DNA from: Mobula birostris | Taxonomy: Eukaryota | Assembly: GCF_030028105.1 (NCBI RefSeq) | Contig: NC_092375.1 | Coordinates: 68,051,130 to 68,115,129 of the forward strand | DNA: 64,000 nucleotides | Direction: 5' to 3' | Shown: positions 12,001-25,986 of the stretch, piece by piece | How positions within the stretch are numbered: position 1 is the first letter of the stretch | How the letters are laid out: every line of letters begins with the position of its first letter | Position numbers and translations under genes: made by a program | The notes under the pieces: generated by a model | What the model was told of the DNA's origin: nothing | Database searches by the model: none | What the model saw: only the letters and a program-made list of their open reading frames with translations

Positions 12001-14999
12001 TGAGTATTTAGTGTAAACCTGAGATTTCTATTCTTAAGTATCTGGACCATCTTCCTTAAAATCTGTTTGCAAACCTCATCCCACTTTCTTCCTTGTAGTT
12101 GGTACCAACATGGATATTGATGTCTGTCTGTTCAGCTTCACTAATATTCTGAAATTCTACCTTCATGGAAGCAAATCTGCAACTACAGAAGTAACTTTCT
12201 TGTGTCCCCAACTATAAATATCATGACAATCATTTCTCTCTTGATCCTTCTACTCCCACCCTGTATTGCTAAAACATTCATAGTATAATGGATTTGTCTA
12301 TAACTGCTTGTCAGAAGTCAATTAACATGGCAAACCACCCAGCAGTGTACTTGACAATTCACTTGTTCTTATTTGTCCATCTGGTCATTCCCCTCTGGCT
12401 GCCCTTTCTTGAATGTTGGTCTGCCGATAAAACACCAAACTTCATGGATGGTCTGCAGTGCTATTAGTTATTGATGGGTATCCAAAACCCATACCTGAAT
12501 ACCTACAGCTGAAAGTACTTTCTGATTGCTTCAGAGATGTCTAATATTGTGGAATTTCCACATGCACAGGATTTATATTGCTACTGGTCTGATGTGCCCT
12601 GTGAAGCCACTAATTAATTATCAAATCAATTCAATAAACAGAAATCAAGTACTCGAACTTGTTTGCATAAAACTTCCCCAATCACCAAATATTTGTGTTT
12701 TATTATCCATATGTAACAAAACTCTGAAGAACTGAACTTCTTGCTACTAACTGTATACTCTAGCAACTGCGCCCCCCTCGTACTTACAAGCAGATAGTTA
12801 GTTATTCCTGAACCAATTTGACCAGAGAAGAATGTTCTTAATTAATTACAAAGATTAATATTATATAATTATTTCATTAATTTATTTTTTAATTTCAACT
12901 TGCAGCATATGCACAAAGTAGAACAACCATTTGTGATCTTTCATATACTCTCATGATTCTCACCGTTAAGCGGAAAGCACATATTAATTCTAGCATATTA
13001 AACTTCATAGATCTTAAATATTTTATGTCAAATTAATATTTACATCGATTGACAATGCTTCTGGAGTTAATTCATGGTGGTGAATACTAAGGTTAATGAG
13101 AAGTGGTGTGTGAACACTTGCTGTTTTTAAAGGCACCAACTATTAGGTTATATAGTCTCTGCATTATCCATAATATCAAAACCATTGGTTAATATGGAGA
13201 TGATCTTATGACATGTATGTTTGAACATTTATCATATTCTTTCCATGAAGCTATAGGGGCCCAAAAATGACTACATCAAGGGAGCAAGATACATGACATC
13301 TGAGTGGGAACATTTAATAGAATAGCCTAATGAGTAATACAATGCCAACTGTAGACACTCTAATTTTACATATAGCAATGTACACTAAGGGTTAAAAAAA
13401 ACTATGAAAGACCAAACAACAAACTCTATTTTATCTTTTATCAGCATTGATTGAAGAGGATAATACTGTCTGGAATCACACTTTGTTGACCTGCAAAGAG
13501 CTGATAGATTGAATATTTGCCTTCAAGATACCATTTATCCTTTTTAAAATAAATCTTCAGGAATGAATTTAGCAGAACCAGATTTTGCTACAGTCCCAGG
13601 TTGCCCATTAGGTAATTTATCAGAGTTGCATCTCAAACCAAATTCAAGTGTGATGCCCTGAATTTGTTTACTGCTGTTCAATTATTTAATGTCAATGAAA
13701 ATTTCTACCTGTGATAGCACTAGTTTCACAGTAAATCTTGATTGGAATGTCTAATAATAAAACTATTCTGTCAAAATAAATTTTGAAAGTAAAACCATGA
13801 CTGGAAAAGGTAAAATTTAAATAAATCAAAATTTGTATTATTCATAGACTTTTTTGTGTTGCTAATGAGTAAAAATGCTAGAGGTACTAAGTGAATCACA
13901 TCCTTTATTAAAGCAAGTCAACATTCAAACAACAGCAGTGGGCGATAAGGCAAGGAATAAATCAACTTGGCAATCCTAGTTCTAACATATTATCACCCAT
14001 ATATTCACTGCATTGTTTTAAAATGTAACAGTCTCATACCAATTATGCCTATCAATGTCAACTAACCATGTACAAACTTTACTTCAGAATGCAAAATATT
14101 TGCATACAAATATAGCTAATAACAACTGATTTAACCAATCAGCTGGTTTCCAAACCCTCTGTGATCTTTACAATTACAAAGCAATCTTTATCACTCCTGA
14201 AGTACCTACCTCAGGTGCCTTTAATTCTAACATATTGTTTCCTCCCATAGCATATTAACCATCAACATAATTTCTGATCATACATTCTCCTGCCCATGCT
14301 CTGCCAAGCCATGCTTGCATGACAAATCCTTCCAGGCACATTCTGCACATTACATTTTCAATCAACATCTTAAGTGTTATAGAAATGTACTGATGGATCA
14401 CCACTTGACAATTGTCCCCTTTTCACCAATTTATGCCAGTACCTCATGACTCCATCTTTACAATCTTTCAAAACCTGGTGATGGGAGTATTTTCACAGTA
14501 TTTCCCACTTGAAATTACTTCTCCCAGCATTACGATCTGTGCCACCACAATCGCCCCTTTTCTTATCCTCCACTCCTCTTTCCAAGTAAGACTGAATCAA
14601 CTCAGCCATTTCTACAACTAATAATTCTTTAGAATTTCATCTAAGGAATATCCTTTGGAGGAATATTGGGTGGTCCTTTAGATAAACAAATTTTTCAACT
14701 ACCATTTCATTGTTTCCTCCAAGTGTGATAAATTATTCCGCTTCTCCCTTAGACATCCTTTATGAAATCTAGTGAACACTCATAGTTATGATATCAAGAA
14801 AGTAAACCATGTCAGGTTCCCTTAGGGCACAGAATTAGACAAACGATGCTGATGTGAACTTCTGTCTTTGTTTTTCCTTCTTTTTCAACAATGCCTTGGG
14901 ATCAGGGATAACAATTTCATATCAGTCTTCTTGTTCTGAGATGACTAACAAGGCAAATGTGGAAAAGCACTCAAGAAGAGGTTGTTCATTCTGGTGGGA

Positions 15000-15700
15000 T
15001 TATAGGTATGAACCCTCCTCCGATCCTCCAATCCTCCAATAGTCAGCAGGACTTTGAGGAGTAGTTAGATACAGTAGAGAGATTGCAGCTCGTTGTCAAC
15101 ATGCTAAAATAGTACTAGTGGGAAATTTTAACTTTCCTAATATTCACTAGGCCAGCCATAGCGTAAAAGGCTTGGACAGAATAGAATTTGTGAAGCGTGT
15201 CCAAAATCAATAAATAGACAGACATAGTAGAGAGGATGCAACACTGGAACTCCTCCTAGCAAATGAAGTAACACAAGTGGCAGACATGTCTGTTGGCGAG
15301 AACTTTGGATACAGTGACCATAATTCTTATTAATTTCTAAAAAGTTATGAAGAAGGATATGACTGGTTCACAGGTTAAGGTCCTGAACTGGAGCACAGCA
15401 AATTTTGGTGCCATCAGGTGGAATATTGCAGTGGTTGATTAGGTGAGATTGTTTACAGATGAAGGAGTGTCTGTAAAATGGCAGACCTTTACGAGAGTGA
15501 TGTTAAGGGTTCAGGGCCTGTATGTCCCTATTAGGGTTAAGAGCAAGGTTGTCAGATTTTAGGAATATCAGTTGACAAGATATATTGAGGATAGATGAGG
15601 GTAGGCGGTGGATTCTCTCTATGTGGACTTTACAAAGGCCTTTAACAAGGTTCCACATGGTAGGCTTGTCCAGAAGGTTAGATCACATGGGATTCATAAT
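15000..15700 (+). mobile_element. Highly decayed CR1 fragment (APE and RT pieces)
   Basis: GxFNFPNI, SDHN and DFxKAFxKVPHGRL-like remnants. Confidence 0.65.
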
Positions 15701-16529
15701 TGATTCAGTGTTAAGAAGCACTTCCCTGATAGAGGATATTGACATTGGTTTGTTGTCCTATTACCAAATGTGGAGGAATTTTTCCACTGCTTTGAGATGT
15801 CACCTGTCATTAATTCAGTCCTCAGACAGATTTAAGAAAGGCAGGGGTCATTACTGCCCATAGCCCAAGTTTTACTAACGGCTGTGATGGCACATTGACA
15901 ACCTTTGCAGTGAGATAAAAATCCTGATAAATGGGAAGTGATTTCTGTTTTCTTGGGTTTTGCCAAGAAACTTTATTGAGAGTGAGCAGTGTGTTGCAGC
16001 AGGGACAGGTTGGTACAAGATATTTTGGTTGAGGATATTTGATTGCTCTGCTGAGCATTGGCTGACCCTCTCATACATTAGAAAACATTTCCTCAAGGAT
16101 GCTTTGATCCTCTGACCTCACAGCCACAATGATCTATTCCATAGAAGTGCATGATCCAAACAGTAATACAGGTACTTCCAATGTGCACGTGACTAAAATA
16201 TAGCCTGGTCACAGTAGTCATTATGTATCCAATATTTCTGTCTTTACACCAGTAAAGGAGGCACCTATAGCCTGCAAAGTTTTAGAATCTGGTGAAGTCC
16301 TAATCAGTGTCATGATAAAATCTTGATCAACCCCAAGCCAATGCGCATAACCTCCAGTAATTGCCCTTATAATTCCTACCACTGAAAATTAACATTCTTT
16401 TACAGGTGTACCTTTCATACCACTTTTATTTCTTTGTGCCCTGACTCCATTCTTTCACCCTACCATTTTTCTTTCCCCCTACCATTTTTCTTTCCAGAGA
16501 TGAGGGCACTGGAAATATACACAATTGGT

Positions 16530-17480
16530 ATATCACACTGAGCACTGGTGCTCCCCGGGGTTGTGTGCTCAGTCCACTGCTGTTCATGCTGCTGAATTAC
16601 GACTGCACTGCCAGATTCAGCTCAAACCTCATCATCAAGTTCACTGATAATACTACATTAGTGGGCCACATTGACAACAATGATGAGTCAGCAAACAGAG
16701 AGGAGGTAAAGAGGCTTGTCAGATGGAGCGAAAATGACAGTCTGAGTCTCAATATGGACAAGACAAAATAAATGATTGTGGACTTCAGGAAGGCACAAGT
16801 TGGCCACTCTCCATTGCACATCAATGGCTCTGGCATGGAGAGTGAACAGTACAGTTCCTTGATGTGCTCGTAATGGATGATCTAACCTGAACTCACAACA
16901 CCCCCTCACTAGTCAAAAGGCATAGCAGCTTCTACATTTTCTGAGGATATTGAGGCGTGCAAGACTCCCTGCCCCCATTCTAACAACTTTTTACAGAACA
17001 CCATCAAGAGTGTTCTGTCTGGCTGCATCATTATGTGGTATGAAAGACCCTACAGAGGACAGCAAACACAACTGAGAGGATCATTGGGGTCACATACCCA
17101 CCACCCCCACTTGTGGTATTTACCAGGAGCGTTGCAGATGAACAGCCTAAAGCATTGTTGAGGATACCACCTGTCCCACAGACTTTTTGACCTACTATCA
17201 TCAGGGAGAAGGTACAGAAGCATCAGAACTAGAACTGCTAGACTGGGTAGCACTTTCTTCCCTCAAGTTGAAAAATTAATGAATATAGGAGAGCGAGGTG
17301 TTTACCGTACTATTTAACTGTGGTGTGCTTTACTACATGCATATTTTATGAACATATTATTTTGGTTCATGTGCTGTGTGTGATATATGCTGTGTGGGTG
17401 TACCATGGTTTGGAGAAATATTGTCTCATTTGATTGTACTGTATATATGTACGATCAGATGACATTAAACTTGAACTTGG
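16530..17480 (+). mobile_element. Rex1/Babar-type LINE 3' portion
   Basis: STGAPxGCVLSPLLF, IKFTDNTT, MIVDFRK motifs; tail attaaacttgaacttg; same family as 3010-4270. Confidence 0.75.
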
Positions 17481-18294
17481 TCGCCTATGCTGCATTCTGA
17501 AGGCTTTTACGGGTTGTATGGACAATAAAGGTATCGCTACTAAGCTTTCTTCTGAATAGATTACGTATCATCACCCAGAATCAGGATTTTCCTTTGTGTA
17601 TACTGGCTGACCTCATTAAAAATGTAGTTTTGCAGAACCGTCCCCTGGAAAAAGTATAGGTCAATTCGATTCACCGGCTTACTAGCACTCAATAAAGCTG
17701 TCACCTTTTCCATTGCATATTTCTATTCATTCTTCTCAGTTCTAACCCATTTTCCTTTCCTTCAGACTTGTTTACAACCTCCCTACTTCCTTAATCAACA
17801 ACATCCATGATTTGGAGTTATCACGATCATTTTGATTAAAAATATAGCTGCCCTCTTTCAACCTTCCATTGAATCCTAAATACTTCCATTTATTTTCTGG
17901 CTTTAACAACTTAAGGATGCCCCTAAGCACATTCGAAGTTAGCCACTCTTATAAAAGTAAGCAGTATGACATACAAATTACATGCCTCTTAGTGAATTAA
18001 GGGTGGTGAAAAAAATTCAGACCTTAGAATTCATAGTTTTGAAACCATTACAAAATGGAACATTTCAAAAATATTGCACTGGTAAAGTGGCTAACTCCAA
18101 AAGACTCAGTCCTTCTGCTGAATACCAGGATTCTGCTCAACTCAGAAGCTTCCATATGTGGCAGAATATATAATATTTTTCGGACTCTGTTTTCAGGTTC
18201 TTGTACACACTGACCTCTAGAGCCTTATATGTTTGGATGGCATCCCACCCCGGAAAGTTTGCTCCATCTATCCTCTGTGCCCAGTCTTCTTTCA

Positions 18295-20045
18295 CAAAGT
18301 TAGGAGAGCTAGAAGGGGGCATGAGAAGGCATGTATGTGAAGAACAGAAAGATGGCTAGAGTGAAGGTAGGACCAATTACAGATGGTAGAGGAAAAAGGT
18401 CCTTTGAGTCAGATGAGGTAGGGAATTCTTAATAAATACTTTGCTTCAGTTTTCGTCAGGAAGAGGGACCTTGCCTTGCCATTTGTGAGGACAGCATAAG
18501 AGGCTGATTTGCTTCAACATGTCGAAATTAAGAAAGAAGACGTGCTGGAACTTACAAAAAACATTTGGATAGATAAGCCCATGGCGCCAGACAGGATATA
18601 TGCCAAGTTACAATGGGAAGAGAGGAAAGAGAATGCTGTGCTTTTGGTGATAATCATTGCACCCTAACTTGTTAGCCGATTGGAGGGTGGCATATGTAAT
18701 TCCTTTGTTCAAGAAAGGGAGTAGGGATAACCTTAGGAATTATAAACCAGTGAGTCTTAATTTAGTGATGGGCAAATTATTGAAGTGACTGAGAAACTGG
18801 ATTTACGAGTGTTCGGAGAAACATAGGGTTCATCAGCATGGCTTTGTAAGGGGCAGATTATGCCATATGAGCCTAACTAAATTCTTTGAGGATGTGACAA
18901 ACCACAGTGGTGAAGGTAGTGCAGTGGATGTGGTGTATATGGATTCTATATAAAAGCGGTCATTAAGGTTCCTTATGGTAAGCTCATTCAGGAGGCATGG
19001 AATCCAGAGAAAGCTGGCTGTGTGGATACGGAATTGGCTTGTCCATAGAAAGTAAAGGGTGGTAGTGGATGAGCATATTCTGCCTGGAGTTTGGTGACCA
19101 GCGACGTTTTGCAGGGATCTGTTCTGGGAACCCTGTTCTTTCTGATTTTTATAAATGACTTGGATGAGGAAGTTAAGGGGTGAGTTAGTAAGTTTGCAGA
19201 TGACATTAAGGTGGGTAGAGCTGTGGATGGTGTGGAGGTTGTAGGTTGCAATGGTATATTAACAGGATGTAGAACTGGGCTGTGAAGTGGCAATGGAGTA
19301 CAACCTAACAAAGTGTGACATAATTCACTTTGGAAGGTCAAATTTGAAGGCAAAACACAGGGTTAATAGCAGGATTCTTAGCAGTGTGGAGGAATGTAGG
19401 ATTTTGGGGTCCACATCCATATATCCCACAAAGTTGCCATGCAAGTTGATGGTGGGTAAGTATGGTGTGTTAGCCTTCATTTATCGAGGGATTCAGTTCA
19501 AGAGCCACAAGTTAATGTTGCAGCTCTATAAAACACTGGCTAAACCACACTTAGAATATAGTGTTCAGTTCAGGTCACACCATTATAGGATGGATGTGGA
19601 AGCTTTAGAGAGGGCGCAGTGGAGATCTACCAGGATACTGCCTGGATTAGAGGGTATGTCTTATGAGGATAGTTTGAGTGAGCTGAGGCTTTTCTCTTAG
19701 GAGTGAAGGTGGATGTGGGGTAACTTGACAGATGATACGAGTCAAAGATAGAGTGGATAGTCGAGACTTTTTCTCAGGGTGGAAGTATCTAATATGAGGG
19801 GGCATAATTTTAAGGTGATTAGAGAAAAGTCTACAAGGGATGTCCAAGATAAGTTCTTTACACAGAGAGTGGGATACCTTGCCAGGGGTCATCGTATAGA
19901 CAAATTTATTCGAGGCATTTAAGAAACTCTTAGATAGAGCTATGTAGAGGGAATGGTTAGATATTAAGAGTTGGATAAAAGGTCAGCACAAGATTGGGGG
20001 CTGCAGGACCTGTACTGTGCTCTAATGTTCTATGTTCACTGTTCT
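18295..20045 (+). mobile_element. 5'-truncated degenerate CR1 LINE
   Basis: NYKPVSL, QGSVLG, KFADD, HLEYSVQF motifs; tail ctaatgttctatgttcactgttct. Confidence 0.85.
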
Positions 20046-20311
20046 AACGTGGGTCCTGCAGCTACTTTCAAGGCTAACCATTTTACCTCCTGTTTGTTTT
20101 TGCATAAAGGAAATATACTGGCCTTGATATCAGCAAACATCCTCCTCTCTTCTATGCAAAGTTGTAGTGAAGCTTCGGTTTTTACCAGAGTGACAAATGG
20201 ATTCCTGATTTCATATCTCAACTGAAAAATAGACTTTTTACAATGCAGTTCTTAAATACAAGTCGAGTTTTTTTAAGTAATTACATGTTCAGTCTTCTGG
20301 AAAGGAACATG

Positions 20312-20403
20312 TATGGAACAAACTGCCAGAGGAATAAGAAACAAGCTACTAGAGGAATATGGAACTGACTGCCAGAGAAATATGGAACAGGCTGCCAAAG
20401 GAA
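20312..20403 (+). repeat. Four tandem 23-bp units (consensus tatggaacaagctgccagaggaa) at the start of a CR1 3' fragment (to about 20585)
   Basis: Units at 20312, 20335, 20358 and 20381 with no spacers; the unit is the CR1 WNxLPEE coding segment. Confidence 0.8.
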
Positions 20404-21336
20404 GTGGTTGAGTCAGGTACAATGACAACACTTAAAAGACAAAGTTAAGCGCTTCGATAGGCAGGTTTGGAGGAGTATGGGTCAAATGCAAGCAAATGGG
20501 ACTAGTTTAGATGGGCATTTTGCAAAGCGAGGATGAGTTGGTCCAAAGGGCTTGCATCCATGCTATTTGACTCTGCGACTCTACTACAATACTCTTACTC
20601 AGCAGATGAGAGTGCTATCAATGTGCCATGTTTCATACCTTGAGTATAGAATAAGGGAAGACAGGTCAATTTATTGACACATATCCTCCACACAGCATGA
20701 ATTCATGAATAACCTTACCCACAATGGTGTCCCCAAACTGAAAGAGAAAATCAATTACTGATAAACTGGCAGAGGAAGCTCTGCAAAACCTCTCTATCAT
20801 CCTAAATCCAAGCAAATAAAACTCTGGAACATTTCACCAGCCGAATGGCCTACTTCTGCTCCTTTGTCTTATGGTCTTATAACATGTACAGTATCTTCAA
20901 CTATCCATTCTGCACATTTCATAATCCCATGTTCTTACCATTATTTTAATACATAAAGTCCAGTAATTATTTTGTAAACTCATTACTACATGATACTGAT
21001 CCAGAACAGGAAACTATTTTTTGCTTGGTCCCTGAAGCCCCATGATACCTAATTTCAACCAAAGTATCATTGGGAATACTGGAGATAGCCAAAGACCCCA
21101 TGATCAGGAAGTCTAAAAAAATTAGTAAAGTTCCAGCTCATGATTGTTATTTAGTGTTCCACAATACAATATGAGTAATTTTTCACTGTTTGAGGAAGTA
21201 TAGGATTAGTTGTGTATGATAAACCCCTCAATACTTTTTGTGATGATTAATGATTTCAAAACTATTATAAGTATAGAACTGAATTACATCTAACTAATTC
21301 ATTTGTTAAATAATATAATTTGGCTTTGCAGCTTAC

Positions 21337-21450
21337 CTAAATGTTACATTCATTTTTTGACTTTGCACCTTCAATTTGGCAAACAAGGCTATAAGGCATT
21401 CGAAGTACTCGGTCTTAAAAAGAGAATCCCGATGTTCCATTAAAATCACC
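21337..21450 (-). CDS. CFAP47: CFAP47 internal coding exon (last confidently placed in window)
   Basis: ttccccag|G GTG ATT TTA ATG GAA...TTT AG|gtaagc; 114 nt, phase 2 to 2; VILMEHRDSLFKTEYFECLIALFAKLKVQSQKMNVTF; VILxE start fits CFAP47. Confidence 0.8.
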
Positions 21451-22488
21451 CTGGGGAAAATGAAGTAAGATAACATACTCAACACAAAAAGATTAAACTA
21501 AAAAGCAATGAATTTCCATTGGATACTCCTACTGTAATTTTGGCAGAAATGCTGCAGGAACCTTCTAAAAATGGATTCAAGGTGAAACAGAGCAGGACAA
21601 CTGCTGCAGAGCCACGGAGAGTAAAAGGTAAGCAATTATCATTTCACAGGTGTCTCATTCTGGTAATGCATTGGAAAAGCTGAGTTGTTCCAGGAATGAA
21701 ACATGGTGATCAGTCCTCAGACAACATAGTCCAAAGGTAGCATGTACCCTGATGCAAAATTTTCATCACATATGACTCATTCCTAAAATGCTGAGCCGAA
21801 TAGCTGTTACTCTATTTCATTTCCCCCTCCAAAATAAAATCAAATTTAAATTTCATAACTCTGAAAGAAATTATACAACTGAATCTTTAAGCAACTAATC
21901 TTCCAGATTTCTCAAGACTCTTCTATTAAAGTTAAATGAGCAAAAACCCTCAAAGAAAATAATCTTTTATCTTCTTTGCAAAGTAAAGTATCACTATCTG
22001 AAATTTTTCAGCAACAGATGTGGACTCACCAGCAAGATACCAAGAGATAATGTTTTAAAGGAAAATAACGTATGATTTTCCAAAAACTTATTTATAAGTA
22101 AAGAATTAAATTACTTCCAATACAATGTTAAAATGTCAATTCAGAAAGGGGCACATTTTTCTCCATTTTTCTCTATATGGGTAGTCTATTTCTAATATTG
22201 GCTGAAGATTGTGACACCTGTACACAAATAGATACCAATGAAATGCAATCACTTTGATGGTTAAACAAGTTTTTCTTTCCAAAGAAATAGTTCAGAATTA
22301 TTCATTTTGATATTTATTATCAAACTATGCATAGAAGAAAATGCACTGTGATCAAAGATTTAAAGAAAGCCTAAGCCTTTATATTTCTGCTTATCATTTA
22401 TCAAAATGAAAGCTTTGGTCAAACTCACATGCGTCCTAGAATAATAATATGTCAATAGATTTTACTTCAGCTATTCAACAATTCATAC

Positions 22489-22577
22489 CTGAAATCTCCC
22501 TTTACATTCAATGGGTTGATAATACTCAATTGTATGCTTTTCTGCTCATAGCATGGAGATTCACATTTAATAGTGGC
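22489..22577 (-). CDS. CFAP47: CFAP47 internal coding exon
   Basis: ttttctag|GCC ACT...TTC AG|gtatga; 89 nt, phase 0 to 2; ATIKCESPCYEQKSIQLSIINPLNVKGDF(R) (KCESPCY motif). Confidence 0.9.
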
Positions 22578-22751
22578 CTAGAAAATTGTGAAAAACATAA
22601 TACAAAAGAAAATAATTTACTATAAAACTCTCAAATGCTTACATATTCAAAAACAACTGAACTCAATAAAAGAGCAATTGATAAAATGAAAAAGAGTATT
22701 CAATAGCAAAAGACAAAAACATAAAAGTTCTGAAAGAATTTTCATTTAACA

Positions 22752-23009
22752 TGAATAGGAGGAATTTCTTTAGCCAGAGAGTGGTGGATCTGTGGAGTTC
22801 TTTGCCACAGGCAGCTGTGGAGGCCAAGTCTTTATGTATATTTAAGGCAGAGGGTTGATAGATTCTTGATTGGTCAGGGCATGAAGGGATACAGGGAGAA
22901 GGCAAGAGGTTGGGGCTGAAAGGAAAATTGGATTAGCCATGATGAAATGGCAGAGCAGACTCAATGGGGCAAATAGCCTAATTCTGCTCCTGTATCTTAT
23001 GGTCTTATG
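22752..23009 (+). mobile_element. CR1 3' end fragment
   Basis: aggaatttctttagccagagagtggtg... to tail tcttatggtcttatg. Confidence 0.8.
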
Positions 23010-23457
23010 ATCAGTTAATACTAGATTAACACTGCAGCTGAATTCTCATTTCAAGGTACATAACTCAGTAAAAGAAGCCATTCTAAACTGAGATATTTTC
23101 TGTGATTATTTTCTGTTATAATTGTTCTTTCTCTCCAAATTAAAAATAGGGAGAAAATAACAAAAATCACAGAAAACAACTCCCATTTTGTGAACATAAG
23201 ATTAGACATTCTATGAAGGTCCAAAGCATGAGTAAAAACCAACTTGGATTGGAATTATGTTGAAGAAAAATTGAAAGCACACTGATATGGTGTAAATGTT
23301 GTAAGCAAATGAATGGCAATGTATGAATGTAGTGTGTTTTATGAATAAAATATATTTTGAAAGAAAAAACTGTACTCACAATTAAGATATAAAGAAGACC
23401 AAAAACAAAATTTTGAAGGATGCACAGACATCAGATTGCAAATTATTATTGACTTAC

Positions 23458-23608
23458 AGTTGGATTTATCTTGTTTATTTGTGATATTAGTGAAAATGTT
23501 GTTGTTGAGCACACTATTCCTTTCTTCAATCTTGATACAAAAATTAGTAGAGCTCGTTCTGGGTTCAGGAAATGGCTTGTGAATTCCACATTTATATCAA
23601 CATAACTC
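23458..23608 (-). CDS. CFAP47: CFAP47 internal coding exon
   Basis: taaacag|G AGT TAT...CCA ACT|gtaagt; 151 nt, phase 2 to 0; SYVDINVEFTSHFLNPERALLIFVSRLKKGIVCSTTTFSLISQINKINPT. Confidence 0.88.
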
Positions 23609-24813
23609 CTGTTTAAAATAAATGTTTATCATTCAATAAACAGAAACCTATCAAATACCATACTTTAAGTCAACAAAAGTAAATTGCAGCTCTTGCAATC
23701 AGGATTATCTGAAATGCCACTAATGTGGCATTATATTTCCTAGTAATAAGATGTACGAAGATATTATCTCCCCTACATGTTAACCTCATAAAGTTTAAAT
23801 TCCACTTTCAACACTAGCTTGTGTTCACAACTGTATTTGCTATTAGAAATGTTTAGTTTCACGTTCCAATTCTGCTATTGAAATCATATGCAGTGAATTT
23901 CAATACTTTTATTAAAATCAACACATATGATACTGGAGAAGTTCAGTGAGTCAGGCAACATCTACGGAGGGAAATGGGAAGAGAATGCTTCAGGTCAAGA
24001 TTTTTTCTCTGTACTGGCTAGGGTCAAACTGTGAGATCTTGAAATGTAGTGAAAGCCACACAGGACATGATGGCAGTGGAGACAAGTACAAGATGACAAC
24101 ATTGGAAACTAAGTTCTATTGTGTGTTTTGCTCACAGATGCCCAATTACTGATCAATCCTAAAAAAAATATATACTCATTGACGTTTCCCACTCAGTTTT
24201 CACAGTCTTGTAAAATTGCAATTCTATCATGAAAGACCTGAAATTAAGATTTTCAGGTCTTTACAGAATCGCAAAACCATGCCATCCTCTGGACTAAATA
24301 TGGAAGTTCACTCATATTTGCAGAGTTTTGATCCAAAGCAAATCCATATTAAATTATTATCTCACAACAAAAGCTCAGTATGAGCAATGTTTTTTCAAAG
24401 TATTAAGTCTCGAAATTGATCAGTACTTGCAAAAGAACGTTTGTTAGTTCTTCAGCCTTACAGGAGAAAATAAACTTAGCTTAGCAAAATATACATATCA
24501 GAAGTGCAGGTGAGGGAGGCAAAGGGTAATGGAGGAGTAAAGGTTGGGTGAGGAGCAGGGGCGTAGGGAGTAGATATCCACGGGTTCAGAATGATTTAGG
24601 GAATAACTGATAAGCAGAAGAAATAGTCAAGTATCTACAGAAGGGTCAGGGTGAAATCAGTCTGTGAGGAGCTAGTGAGCTAGTCAGGAACACAAATAGC
24701 ATTTAGGGATAGTCATTCAAGGGTTGTGATCAACATTTGAAATGAGGATAGTCATGTCTGAATGTAATCATTAAGGGAGTAGATAAGAGTCTGAAGTGGC
24801 CATTGATCATCAT

Positions 24814-25015
24814 AGCACACAAGATTCTGGAGGAACTCAGCAGATCAGGCAGCATCTCTGGAAATAAATAAACAGTTGATATTTCAGGCTGAGACCTTTC
24901 ATCAGGGCTCAATTGTTTATTCATTTCTATAGATGCTGCGAGACCTGTTGAGTTCCTCCAGCACTTTGTGCGTGTTGCTCTGGATTTCCAGCATCTGAAG
25001 AATTGCTTGTGTTTA
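24814..25015. mobile_element. Fold-back Penelope-derived element with hammerhead core in the loop
   Basis: Arms at about 24816-24878 and 24910-24974 are imperfect reverse complements; minus strand reads ctgatgaaaggtctcagcctgaaatatc (24905-24878). Confidence 0.75.
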
Positions 25016-25517
25016 CATAAGATGCCAATTATCCCATTGAATACATGCCTGATTTTTGTGAAACAGCTTGGCTAGTTCTATTGTTCTCATTTTTCCAAGA
25101 GGTCAGGTAAATTATTTTTCTTCAAATGCCTACATAATTTATTTTTGAAGGTCCTGATATATGCTATTTATACCACATTTACAAGTAATGAGTTTCAGAT
25201 TATAACTACTCTCTGTGTAAGAAATGATTTTCCTCACATACTCCCTGGTTCTTTTCCCTTTCACACTTTAGCTCTGTTCCCTGGTCCAAAAACAATTCAC
25301 TTATGCAACAGATTTTATTTATCCTATCAAAACTCATGCTGATGGCATATACTTCCATCAAATATCCTCTTAACATTACTTTGCTCCAAGAAAAATACTC
25401 ACTGCTTATGCATATTAATATACTATATATTAAAAAGAAACACGGTGGTTCTTGTACTGACGTTAGTGGAAAAGTGTTGACCTAAGGAAAAAGACTTAGG
25501 AGCAGGGATTGCACAGT

Positions 25518-25986
25518 TGTGATTCACTGAGGGAGAACTAAATACTACTTCTAAAGGGGATTTAGATGAATGGGGTTCTCAGCACCTCACATTCACCCCT
25601 CACCCACCCCCTGTGCAATTAACATGGGCACTCAAACATGGGTACACAGGGTCAGTTGTGTCAGACCTGCATAGGCAGGCACCTCTCAGTCTCCACCCAG
25701 CTAACAGGAGTCATCTGCCACTTGCTTCCAAGTCATCACCTGCACACTATTAAAACTCAGCTCTCATCCACAGCCCTTTGTTCACCCATCAAACCAGCCA
25801 GCTTCATCCAGTTCCTCTAGTCATCTGTTACCTTGTTGTTTTGTTGTGCTAGGTATCTGTTCTCTCGTTTTTTGGCCCCTCTTGGCTTGTTATTTTGCAA
25901 TTTATTAGTAAAATATCATTTACTGCTACAGTAAATCATCTCTGCTGCTCTGCTTTTAAGTTAAGCCTCCTCTATACTTCCTGATA
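25518..25986 (+). repeat. Possible solo LTR
   Basis: Starts tgtga and ends cctgata; TATA-like tattaaaa followed by a T-rich segment and agtaaa; no TSD found. Confidence 0.3.

Noticed and set aside
13044-13120. Possible further CFAP47 exon (..IHHHELTPEALSID|gtaaat)
   Set aside because: Frame is open and splice sites are possible, but the donor is weak and the peptide is not recognisable; cannot be supported without RNA data.
13709-13752. Possible short exon (ttattag|...CAG|gtagaa)
   Set aside because: Not phase-compatible with the 21337 exon (stop in that frame) and no recognisable homology.
20312-20403. CRISPR-like repeat array
   Set aside because: No spacers, units derive from CR1, eukaryotic context, no cas genes.
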